Source: an uncultured Gemmatimonadaceae bacterium
Lineage (GTDB): Bacteria; Gemmatimonadota; Gemmatimonadetes; Gemmatimonadales; Gemmatimonadaceae
Direction: 5' to 3'
Length of the DNA stretch: 64,000 bases
Assembly (NCBI GenBank): GCA_963740355.1
Contig: CAVUDW010000003.1
Coordinates: 1,920,001-1,984,000, forward strand
The position numbers and the translations under genes were made by a program. This document shows, piece after piece, positions 1 through 8,334 of this stretch (positions are counted from its first letter, which is position 1; each line of letters begins with the position of its first letter). The notes under the pieces are model-generated. The model was not told the DNA's origin, ran no database searches, and was given only the letters and a program-made list of their open reading frames with translations.

Positions 1-624
1 ACTGGTGGCGCCGATCAGCTTGTCGCCCGCCGGCTGCGCCGCACCATTCACCGAATAGAAGGCGATGAGGCGCATGGGCCCACTACTTGGATAAGTGCTG
101 AAGCAGGCTGCCTCACGACTCGCGTACACCGCGCTGAAACCGTCGCCGCTGAAGCTGTAGGGCACGGGTTGCCAATTTGGCGTACCCGCGATGCTCACGC
201 CGTTCAAGTACGCAAGTACATCCGTATACGGCACGAGCGACCGTGATCCACAACCAACGGTATACACGCCCAGGTTGCTCGTCGCGAGCGCCGTGGGGAT
301 GCCGGAGGTAGCAACCGTATCACCGGAGGTGATACTGATTTTCTTCCGATAGTTGGTATAGGTGGCCGGTGCGCCATTGACGCCGCCGAGGCCATACGAG
401 AAGACGGTGTGAAGGTATCCGTCACTCGTCACGGTCAGGTCTGGCACCAGGTATCCGCCCAGACCCACGTTGTTGGATTCCATTCCCCAGATCTTTCGCA
501 GGCCTCGGCCACTCACGAAGAACTCATCGCTGGCGCTCGGCGCGACAGGTGCAGCCGCATCGCTACTGCAGCCGAGCAATGCGGCGCCAAACACCGCGAG
601 TAGGTACGTGGAACGAATCTTCAT
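1..624 (-). CDS. Putative lipoprotein, partial (runs off the window start)
   Basis: My translation from ATG at 624 gives MKIRSTYLLAVFGAALLGCSSDAAAP..., with lipobox LLGC. The frame stays open to position 1 and is absent from the ORF track because it has no stop. Confidence 0.75.
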   Translation of the reverse strand, partial: MKIRSTYLLAVFGAALLGCSSDAAAPVAPSASDEFFVSGRGLRKIWGMESNNVGLGGYLVPDLTVTSDGYLHTVFSYGLGGVNGAPATYTNYRKKISITSGDTVATSGIPTALATSNLGVYTVGCGSRSLVPYTDVLAYLNGVSIAGTPNWQPVPYSFSGDGFSAVYASREAACFSTYPSSGPMRLIAFYSVNGAAQPAGDKLIGATS

Positions 625-1173
625 GTGCGCAGTCTGGGGTTTCGGTCAGGGGTCAAACGCGATGATGCACCATCGCGAGTGATCGTGGTGAGCGAGGCTG
701 TCACGAAGCGAGTGGCGTTGGCTTGGCATCGTCGGATGCCGGTTGTGCCTGAACAGCGCAGAGTTACGCGGCCGAATCGTGCCGTTGAAGCACGAACGGC
801 ATGCGACGCATGGCTGAACGCGTGCTATCGCCACGGGGCATCAGCTCCAGTTCCAATCGCAGTTTCGCAACCTGCACTCGCAGTTGCGCACAGCATTGCA
901 CAGCGGCTGGCGACAGTGAGACACTATCGCTGATCGATGAGGCCCGCTATCACCCGAACGGGTGGACGCGATGGTGCGCGCGCTTTGCAAGATTCCAGCC
1001 TTCGCCGCCGCGACACGCACGGCGAGACATGCGACGTCGGGTTTGTGGGGTGAGGCTCCTTGAATGGCCCCACGAAAGGGTGACTCGACATGTGACGGCG
1101 CACCCGTCACTTCGTCTTTGAAGGGCGGTGTCCAACAGACCCGCTCCGCCGAGCGAAACGTGCGTTTCAGGCC

Positions 1174-2355
1174 GTGCTCCTCGTTCAGCTCTCCCGCGGC
1201 CGCGACGATACTCTGGTCATGCTCCCGATCCTGACAAACGCTGAGGCGCAGACCGCGAAGCCAGAGCGCCGGTCATGTTTGCGATGTGAGGTGCTGCCAG
1301 CACCGATCGATGGCGCAGGCGACCTGCATTGCTGGTTCCCGGCCCCACATGTCGCCCACAAGGCACGCGCCATGTTCCGCGACCTCGGATTGATGCCTCG
1401 CGCGACCGCGGGCGAGGGCATCGCGTGTGCAATTCCGGCCGCGGACCTCGACCGGGTGGAGGCGGGCTTCCGTGATCGGCTCTCCGGAATTGAGTGCGAG
1501 GATACGCGCGTCCTATTGACCGGGATCGACGCGCCGCTGGTGCCCGACGACCTGGCACGCGTCGAGCCGCTGTCGCGCCTCCTGGCGCGTCGGGCAAGTC
1601 ACTGGCTGGTGTCGCTGCTCGAGGATGGGCGCCTCACATCGCATTTCCAGCCGATCATGCATGCCGATGCACCGGAGACGGTGTATGGCCACGAGGCGCT
1701 GCTGCGTGGCGTGGCGACGGGTGGCGAGACAATCCCGCCGAAGAAGATGTTCGATGCCGCGCGCGATGCCGGGATGCTCTTTCAGCTCGATCTCGCCGCC
1801 CGCCGGTCAGCGATCCACGCAGCCACGCAGCACGACTTGCGTGGCGCGCTGTTCGTCAATTTCGCGCCGACGGCGATCTATGATCCGGCGTCATGTCTGC
1901 GCAGCACCGTGGCCGCCGTGGACCAGGCCGGGATCCAGCGTCGCGACGTCGTCTTCGAGATCGTCGAGACCGATCGCGCACACGACCTCGGTCACCTCAA
2001 GCGCATCCTGGACTTCTATCGCACTGCGGGCTTCCGCGTCGCGCTCGACGATGTCGGCTCAGGCTACTCGTCGCTGAACCTGATTCATGAGTTGCGGCCC
2101 GACCTGCTGAAGCTCGACATGGACCTGATCAGCGGTGTCGACACCGATGATTACAAGGCGCGCCTGGTGGACAACCTGCTGAACGTCGCCACCATCCTCG
2201 GTATCGACACACTGGCCGAAGGGATCGAGACCGAAGGCGAGTTGCGCTGGGTGCAAGCACATGGCGCCCGGTACGTGCAGGGTTACCTGCTTGGGCGTCC
2301 ATCGGCGGTACCGAAGCCGGTGGCAACCTCCCTGTCACACCCCGCCGCGGCCTGA
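1174..2355 (+). CDS. EAL-domain c-di-GMP phosphodiesterase with an uncharacterised N-terminal region
   Basis: Motifs FQPI, HEALLR, FVNF, EIVE, ALDDVGSGYSSL, KLD, AEGIE and QGY. The start may be ATG at 1219. Confidence 0.92.
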   Translation: MLLVQLSRGRDDTLVMLPILTNAEAQTAKPERRSCLRCEVLPAPIDGAGDLHCWFPAPHVAHKARAMFRDLGLMPRATAGEGIACAIPAADLDRVEAGFRDRLSGIECEDTRVLLTGIDAPLVPDDLARVEPLSRLLARRASHWLVSLLEDGRLTSHFQPIMHADAPETVYGHEALLRGVATGGETIPPKKMFDAARDAGMLFQLDLAARRSAIHAATQHDLRGALFVNFAPTAIYDPASCLRSTVAAVDQAGIQRRDVVFEIVETDRAHDLGHLKRILDFYRTAGFRVALDDVGSGYSSLNLIHELRPDLLKLDMDLISGVDTDDYKARLVDNLLNVATILGIDTLAEGIETEGELRWVQAHGARYVQGYLLGRPSAVPKPVATSLSHPAAA

Positions 2356-2563
2356 GGCTCGGTGCACGGGGCGGTGGGGACTGCCTAGCACCATCAACGT
2401 TTGCGCACCCCGTCACGCCGCTCGCCCCGCAGGTCAGCGCGCGACAAACCGTGCCCACGCCTTTGCCGCGCACCGCGCCGCACGGTATGGTATCTGCTGG
2501 CGCACCCGGCACCACGGACCCTGCGACTCCCCGCGCCGCCAACACCGCTGACCAAGGCACGAC

Positions 2564-3487
2564 ATGGGCACGCACATCGGCATGCGGGCGAAGGACCTGC
2601 AGAAGTTCATGATCGTCGCGCGCGAATTGAAGGTCACGATCCTCGTGCGCCACACCAACGACGACTCGCTCAAGTACGTGCAGCAGCCCGGCTTCTATCC
2701 GAAGCCGGCGGCGGTGAAGGCCAAGACCGCTGATCGCAACCCACCGCCGGTGACGCGACTGGTCAACGGTGCACGCAAGGTGACGAACTACGATGTCGCC
2801 GGGCTGGTGGTGCACCCAGGCTTTCAGCCGGGATGCTACGGCGCGTCGAAAGCGGCCAAGGCCTTGGGCTTCTGGACACAGACGATGGAGACGCTGTCCC
2901 CGACGTTGATGAAGACACTGGCCGATCCGGCAAGACCGGAGACGTGGGCGATCTGGGGCGTGGAACGCACCGCCGTGCGCGCGCCGCGATGGAAGTGGCG
3001 CGTGGATATCGACCCCGAATCGCCGCGCTTCGGCTGCCTGCAGCTGCATCGGGCCGACATCGGGTGGTGCTACATCCACGGCGACTACGACCTCAAGGAT
3101 GTCATTGTGAGTGGGCATGAGACCGACAATCGCCGCCACGAAGGAAAGCTCGACGGCGTCAAGAACTTCACGCCCAATCTTTACAACCTGACGTTCGAGA
3201 AGGTGCAGGCCTCGCTCAACATGAAGATGGGTGTGGAGATGGTGCAGCACGGTGCCGAGGCACAATTCGCGTGGCATGGTGACGAGCCGCTCACCGTGGC
3301 GTATCCGGACTGGCGCTTCCTCATCCTGAGCAATGCGACCACGGTGCAAGCCTGGTACGACGAGATGAATCGCAAGGTGCTCGCGACACCGGGCGAGGAC
3401 TACCGCCGCAGCCGGTCGCGCATGTTTCACTTCGGGCCGCAGGGGATGTTCGAGCCGGGGAAGTTGCCGTCGGGGAGTTGGGGTTAG
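2564..3487 (+). CDS. Anthrax edema factor/CyaA/ExoY-like (class II) nucleotidyl cyclase domain protein
   Basis: ARELKVTILVRHTN, PKPAAVKAKTAD, VAGLV, GDYDL and MVQHGAE parallel the edema factor motifs ARELNTYILFRPVN, TKGLNVHGKSSD, VAGYI, ADYDL and VVNHGTE in the same order. Confidence 0.75.
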   Translation: MGTHIGMRAKDLQKFMIVARELKVTILVRHTNDDSLKYVQQPGFYPKPAAVKAKTADRNPPPVTRLVNGARKVTNYDVAGLVVHPGFQPGCYGASKAAKALGFWTQTMETLSPTLMKTLADPARPETWAIWGVERTAVRAPRWKWRVDIDPESPRFGCLQLHRADIGWCYIHGDYDLKDVIVSGHETDNRRHEGKLDGVKNFTPNLYNLTFEKVQASLNMKMGVEMVQHGAEAQFAWHGDEPLTVAYPDWRFLILSNATTVQAWYDEMNRKVLATPGEDYRRSRSRMFHFGPQGMFEPGKLPSGSWG

Positions 3488-3611
3488 CGGGCGAGGGAAG
3501 ACGCAGCGTTCGTTGCGTGTATGCTGGTCGATCCACGCATTCTGTTCACGTATTCAGTTCACGCAAAGGATCGATGCAGTTTTTGCCGCTGGAGCCGCAC
3601 GAGCACAGTGC

Positions 3612-4196
3612 TCAGCGACTGGTGACCGACTGAAAATAGAAGTCCAGCATCGCCGTCAGCGAGGATGGATTGCCGCGCAGTCGGCTGCGGAGCGCTGCCC
3701 CCTCCCAGCAATCGACAAGCACGTTCGCGAGCCAGCGCGTGTCACACCGTGGGTCCACTGCGCCGTCCAGACGCGCCTCTTCGAGGCATAGTGCGACACG
3801 CGACGCGATGGTCGACAGGCAGGCCTCGATCTTTTCACGAAACCGATCGTCGGTGGCGGCCAGCTCCTGCCCAAGCCCACCCATCAGGCAACCGAGATAG
3901 CCATCCTCCTGGTACTTCTGCTGTGTGGTCTCGAAGAACAGCCGCACCCGCACCAGGGGGCTCCGGGCAACGTCACCGAGGCAGGCGTCCAGGCCAGCGT
4001 GTACATGCCGCATGTACTCGTCGATGACCTGGAGCGCGTAGTCCTGCTTGTCGGCAAAATGGTGGTAGAACGATCCCTTCGGGATGTCCGCAGCATCGAG
4101 CACAGACTGAATGCCGAGTCCGTGGTATCCCTGCTTCAACAGGAGATCGAGGCCGACGTCGAGCAGGCGCTGCTTCGTGGTATGCGTCAACTGCAA
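3612..4196 (-). CDS. TetR family regulator, NemR/LmrA-like
   Basis: N-terminal HTH (IPKGSFYHHF), GCLMGGLGQE and WEGAALR. Confidence 0.9.
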   Translation of the reverse strand: MQLTHTTKQRLLDVGLDLLLKQGYHGLGIQSVLDAADIPKGSFYHHFADKQDYALQVIDEYMRHVHAGLDACLGDVARSPLVRVRLFFETTQQKYQEDGYLGCLMGGLGQELAATDDRFREKIEACLSTIASRVALCLEEARLDGAVDPRCDTRWLANVLVDCWEGAALRSRLRGNPSSLTAMLDFYFQSVTSR

Positions 4197-4251
4197 CGGT
4201 GTCAGCTCACGGATCGATGGTGACGGCGGTCCTTCAGCTGGTAAGGTACCG

Positions 4252-4638
4252 TCACTGCTTGACCATTTCGATCATGTGATCGATCACTTCGCTGTGTTCC
4301 CGCTGTGGGCTGAACATCACGATCTCTGCGTCGGCGATGACGCGGACGTTATGACCAGGCGGCCAGTAGAAGAGGTCGTTGGTGGTGACGGTCTCCTGCT
4401 CACCCGCCGAGTTCGTCGTCATGATCTCGCCCCGAATCACGAACCCCCAGTGCGGGCACCGACACTCATTGCCGGCAAGACCAACGAACAACGGCGTCGT
4501 GTCGACACCGGCGCCAAGCGAGAAATATTCGCCGCTGATCGTATCGAAGCCCTTCACCGTGCCGAATTCCTTGCGCTGACGGACGACGGCGCCGGGAATC
4601 TCCATCCGGACATCGACATCCTCTTTCGCAACCCTCAT
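4252..4638 (-). CDS. Cupin-domain protein
   Basis: CRCPHWGFVIRG...DLFYWPPGH cupin motifs. RBS GGAGG upstream. Confidence 0.8.
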   Translation of the reverse strand: MRVAKEDVDVRMEIPGAVVRQRKEFGTVKGFDTISGEYFSLGAGVDTTPLFVGLAGNECRCPHWGFVIRGEIMTTNSAGEQETVTTNDLFYWPPGHNVRVIADAEIVMFSPQREHSEVIDHMIEMVKQ

Positions 4639-4665
4639 GGCAACACCTCCTGGCGGTCAGAATAC

Positions 4666-4691
4666 CCGAGTAGACCGAATGGTCTACTCGG
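4666..4691. promoter_or_regulatory. TetR (NemR-type) operator upstream of the cupin-tetR operon
   Basis: Perfect inverted repeat CCGAGTAGACC-GAAT-GGTCTACTCGG containing TAGACC-N4-GGTCTA. Confidence 0.85.
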
Positions 4692-4806
4692 CAGAGGATG
4701 GTTGCCAGCGCAGCTGGCGTCAAGAGAGGGCCGTTCTGTTCAGAGCGCTCGCGGCGAGCTCAGCTTTTTGCGCGCCTTCGCATCGCCCTGCAGGCACCAG
4801 CACTCG

Positions 4807-5346
4807 CTATCGGAGGCGCTTCAGCCGCATCTCGAAAATCGGCATCCATGTCTTGCCCTCATCACGCGACACACTGCCCGTCTCGACCCAGCGTCCCTCG
4901 GCGTCGAAAGACATCTCATAGCGAATCAGCCCCGCACGTGGATCGCGCATCGACCAGCGATACCCGTTCGCATCCAGCGTGAAGTCGGGATCGGTCCAGT
5001 TGCCGCCGAACATCGTGAACGTTCGCATGCGAGGCGTGACGTGATCGTGGTCGAGGAAGATCACGGCGAACGCGTCGAACGTCACCTGCTCTGCCCCATT
5101 GGGTATGCGCTCATGGCCGGTGCCCCTCACCGCGAACGCGGTGCCCCCTGCAACGGCCTCGACACGTTCTGTCTGGCGGAGCACGTGACGTGCGCCCGGC
5201 CCCATCACGGCAGTGGCCTCGCCTTCCCACTCGCCAACGAGCTTGGCGAAGAGCGCGAGTTGCGGCGGGGTCGCCGATGGCGCGGGTTGGGCAAAAAGCA
5301 TCAGTGGTGAGAGCAGGAAGGGCACAATCGTCGTCAACACGCGCAT
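4807..5346 (-). CDS. Secreted beta-barrel protein (DUF1579-like)
   Basis: Signal peptide, LVGEWEG near the N-terminus, SRDEGKTW...FEMRLKR at the C-terminus. Confidence 0.65.
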   Translation of the reverse strand: MRVLTTIVPFLLSPLMLFAQPAPSATPPQLALFAKLVGEWEGEATAVMGPGARHVLRQTERVEAVAGGTAFAVRGTGHERIPNGAEQVTFDAFAVIFLDHDHVTPRMRTFTMFGGNWTDPDFTLDANGYRWSMRDPRAGLIRYEMSFDAEGRWVETGSVSRDEGKTWMPIFEMRLKRLR

Positions 5347-5378
5347 ACGACTCGACTCCAGGGTTCGGGTGATCCCCG

Positions 5379-5422
5379 AAACTGCGTCAGCGACGCGACA
5401 CTGTCTTGATGAAATCGGTCAT
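5379..5422 (-). promoter_or_regulatory. Putative AraC-activated promoter of the downstream secreted-protein gene
   Basis: On the minus strand TGACCGATTTCATCAA begins at the AraC stop and is followed 21 nt later by CAGTTT. Confidence 0.4.
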
Positions 5423-6276
5423 GACCCACCGGGCAGTCGGCGGCTGACCTGGTCGTGCACGGTGCCACGGATATGTGACCCGAACTCCTCCGGGCGAAGG
5501 CCAACCAGCCCTTTGACCTCGTGGTGCAAATGGGCGTGGTCGGCGTAGCCAGCTTCGGCCGCGATGCGTCCCCACTGCTCGACGCCGTCCACCACCTGCC
5601 ATGCGGCACCAAGCAAGCGACGCACACGCGCGAACTGTTTCGGCGCCATCGCCGTTGCGGCACGAAACCGCCGCAGGAGCGTCCTTTCAGCGCAACCGTG
5701 TGCCCGTGCGAGCTCGCTGATCAGCTGTTCGCCATGCGATGCAACCAACGCATCGACCACCGCGCTCACGAGTGGGTCGGGCCGCGCGAACCGTTCACAT
5801 TCGCGGAGCCAGAACGCATCGAATGCAGGTGCAATCGCATCGAGTGGCGTGTCCCTCGCAACGCAGGCGCCGAGCGCGGTCTGAAGCGCCGCTCCGACCG
5901 CACCACCAGCAAAGGCTGCGGGAATCGACAGATTCCGGAGCGACGTCACCGGCACACCGAGAACTGTGGTCGCGGCACCAGGTCGCAGTCGTATCCCGAC
6001 AAATCGATCACCGGGGACCACCGCGACGACCAGTGGCTCGAGCCACGGCCCCGAATAGAGGAGCATGCCAGCGTGTGCTCCTCCAGTTGGAATCAGCAAC
6101 GATGTGCAGCCGTCAGGGGGAACGTGGTGCGCCGGTGGTGCGCCTTGCTGCGCGCTGAACTCCCAGTAGGCCGCAATCCACGGAGTGAGCGTCGGATGCG
6201 GCAGTCGCTCGGCATAACGAAAGGCAGCGCCGTTGGCGGGATCAATCGCACGTTCACGGCTGGGGCGTGCGCTCAT
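5419..6276 (-). CDS. AraC family transcriptional regulator (DUF6597-type N-terminus)
   Basis: PDGC sensor motif, GIRLRPG, C-terminal AraC HTH (RTLLRRF...GYADHAHL). Confidence 0.9.
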   Translation of the reverse strand: MSARPSRERAIDPANGAAFRYAERLPHPTLTPWIAAYWEFSAQQGAPPAHHVPPDGCTSLLIPTGGAHAGMLLYSGPWLEPLVVAVVPGDRFVGIRLRPGAATTVLGVPVTSLRNLSIPAAFAGGAVGAALQTALGACVARDTPLDAIAPAFDAFWLRECERFARPDPLVSAVVDALVASHGEQLISELARAHGCAERTLLRRFRAATAMAPKQFARVRRLLGAAWQVVDGVEQWGRIAAEAGYADHAHLHHEVKGLVGLRPEEFGSHIRGTVHDQVSRRLPGGS

Positions 6277-6381
6277 GTGATCGACAGGGCCGAAATGGGT
6301 ACGGACGAATCGAACATGCGATCGTCGCTGGCGAAGGTGAGATGCGTCGGGCCGAAGGCGGTTGGCCGCACGTCCTGGCTG

Positions 6382-6924
6382 CTACACCACGAGCCGGCCA
6401 CGAAATCCACGTGCCGCGTAGTACGACTCCGCTCCATTGTGATACAGGAACACCTGGTCGTACCGACGATCGCAGAAGAGCGCGCCGCCCAGCTTGCGAA
6501 CCATCGCCGGTGTGCTGATCCAACTCGACGTCTTGAGGTCGAACTTGCCCAGCGACTGCAGGTGGCGATACTGCTCCTCGGTGAGCAGCTCGATGCCCAT
6601 CGCCGTGGCCAGTTCGACGGCACTTCCAGCGGGCTTGTTCGCCTTGCGCGCATCCAGCGCCGCACGGTCGTAGCAGAGACTGCGCCGACCCGCTGGGCTT
6701 TCGGGCGCACAATCGCAGAAGACGATCGCGCCGCTCGAGTCCTGGCCGATGACATCCGGCTCACCACCGGTGCCCTCCATCTCGCCAAGCGACTTCAGCT
6801 TGTCTGGATGCGTGTTCAGGCGGCTGAGCACAGCACTCCAGGCAATGCCTGGATGCCGAGCCGTGTTCGCCTCGAAGCGACTTTCGAGGGCTTTGATGAG
6901 GCCTGCATGCTTGCTCGATGCCAT
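6382..6924 (-). CDS. DUF4256 family protein
   Basis: MEGTGGEPDV, ESPAGRRSLCYD, GGALFCDRRY and YHNGAESYYAARGFRG. Start placed at ATG 6924. Confidence 0.85.
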   Translation of the reverse strand: MASSKHAGLIKALESRFEANTARHPGIAWSAVLSRLNTHPDKLKSLGEMEGTGGEPDVIGQDSSGAIVFCDCAPESPAGRRSLCYDRAALDARKANKPAGSAVELATAMGIELLTEEQYRHLQSLGKFDLKTSSWISTPAMVRKLGGALFCDRRYDQVFLYHNGAESYYAARGFRGRLVV

Positions 6925-6991
6925 AGCGACGTCTCCATTCCCAGAAAGCCTGACTCGCACAGCGTATCGAGCCGCACGCTGGCGCAAAAAA

Positions 6992-8140
6992 TCACCGCAC
7001 GCAGACCTGCGCCAGTTGCACGAGCACACCTGCTGAGCCCACGCCGACGAAACGCTCGCGGACACGCGTCACCACATCTCGCGCGACGCCAGTCCCGTGG
7101 GCTGCGTCGTTGCGCTGCTCTGCCAGTTGCGCGATGATCGGTGGAAGTGACGTCGCGAACCAGTCACCGCCGTCGAGTTTCGCCTTCAGCCAGTCGCAGC
7201 GGGCCTTCGTTTCCGGGATCGCACGCGCCAGCTCGCCAAGGGTGAGCGAGCCATGCTGCGCCAGGTCCACGGTCTGGCCCTTGATGTTGGTGAAGCGCAC
7301 ATCGGCAGGTGCACCGCGCATGACGGCGCGCAGCAGCAGGTTCACCTGCACCTCCATCGCATTGGCCAGCGAGACGACCACCGGTGACAACTCGTACGCC
7401 ATGTCGTCGCGATGTGCACGGTACGTCGATTCGGCGGTGGCGATGAACCGACGCACACCGGCGTCGAGCGCGGTCCAGGCCGCGATGCCAAAGCGATTGA
7501 GCCGAAGTTCCCGCTGCATCTCACCCACGCCGCGCTGCTCTGCGTCGTACTCGGCCCAGTATCGATCCGCCGCGTACCGGGCACGGGTGCCCTCGTCGAA
7601 CCACTGCGTCTCATCGGCACAGGTGACCATCAACGGGAGATCCACCACACCGCCGTAGATCGACACCGGCCGGTCGTTGTACCGAGTGTTGCGGAGCTTG
7701 GCGAGTTCGGTGGCGACGGCCGTGGTGTCGTCCCACACCAGTTGGCGGATGTCCCAGAGCTGGAACCAGCAATCGCAGTTCAGGCCACGGGCGGCGTAGT
7801 AGGCGGGTACCTGGGCGTCGGGAACGAACGTGGCGCCGGCCTTCACCGCGGCCACATGCGCCACGTAGAGCGAGCGGTAGTCGGTGAGGTAGAGCTGGAC
7901 TTCCGGCGCATTCGGATCGTCAGGGTCGATCTGCGCGTCGAGCGCCAGCACCTCGGGGAGATGCGGGAGTGGCGCCTGACGATTCACGCTACGGACCTTG
8001 CCCCACCAGACGTAGACATCGTCCCGATCGCGTTTTTCCTCTCGCGCTTCGCGCATCGCTGTCAGCAGGACCTCGAGATGCAGTTGAAGCGCATCCGCTT
8101 CGTAGGTCGGATTCCAGACGGTGAGGAGGTGGGTGGTCAG
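6992..8140 (-). CDS. Hypothetical protein, HP0729-like N-terminus and C-terminal HEPN-like RxxxxH motif
   Basis: The frame is open 28 codons upstream of ATG 8056 to CTG 8140 (xTTHLLTVWNPTYEADALQLHLEVL). It contains VWWGKVRS, QLYLTDYRSLYVA and RNDAAH. Confidence 0.65.
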   Translation of the reverse strand: MTTHLLTVWNPTYEADALQLHLEVLLTAMREAREEKRDRDDVYVWWGKVRSVNRQAPLPHLPEVLALDAQIDPDDPNAPEVQLYLTDYRSLYVAHVAAVKAGATFVPDAQVPAYYAARGLNCDCWFQLWDIRQLVWDDTTAVATELAKLRNTRYNDRPVSIYGGVVDLPLMVTCADETQWFDEGTRARYAADRYWAEYDAEQRGVGEMQRELRLNRFGIAAWTALDAGVRRFIATAESTYRAHRDDMAYELSPVVVSLANAMEVQVNLLLRAVMRGAPADVRFTNIKGQTVDLAQHGSLTLGELARAIPETKARCDWLKAKLDGGDWFATSLPPIIAQLAEQRNDAAHGTGVARDVVTRVRERFVGVGSAGVLVQLAQVCVR

Positions 8141-8334
8141 GGCGGTTCCGGGCGTGAATGACGAGAATCAAGCGGTCAGGAGCCCGTATCGACTCAAGAC
8201 TCAATTGAGCATCGATGCGTCACGACGGAAAGGCCACCACGTGAGGCGCTTACGGGTGGGAGCCTCAACGCGCGTACCGGTCTCTGCTGGAGAAAAGCTA
8301 CGCACGCTCCAAAAGCCTTGCCCCTTGTCGGATT

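Noticed and set aside
625..1173. 550-bp divergent intergenic region as an ncRNA or riboswitch
   Set aside because: I found only short hairpins and no recognisable riboswitch or tRNA consensus. An Rfam/Infernal scan would be needed.
2129..3430. Long antisense ORFs (also 4111-5310, 5521-7137, 60805-62649 and others)
   Set aside because: These are shadows of motif-bearing genes on the opposite strand, expected in high-GC DNA, with no recognisable motifs.
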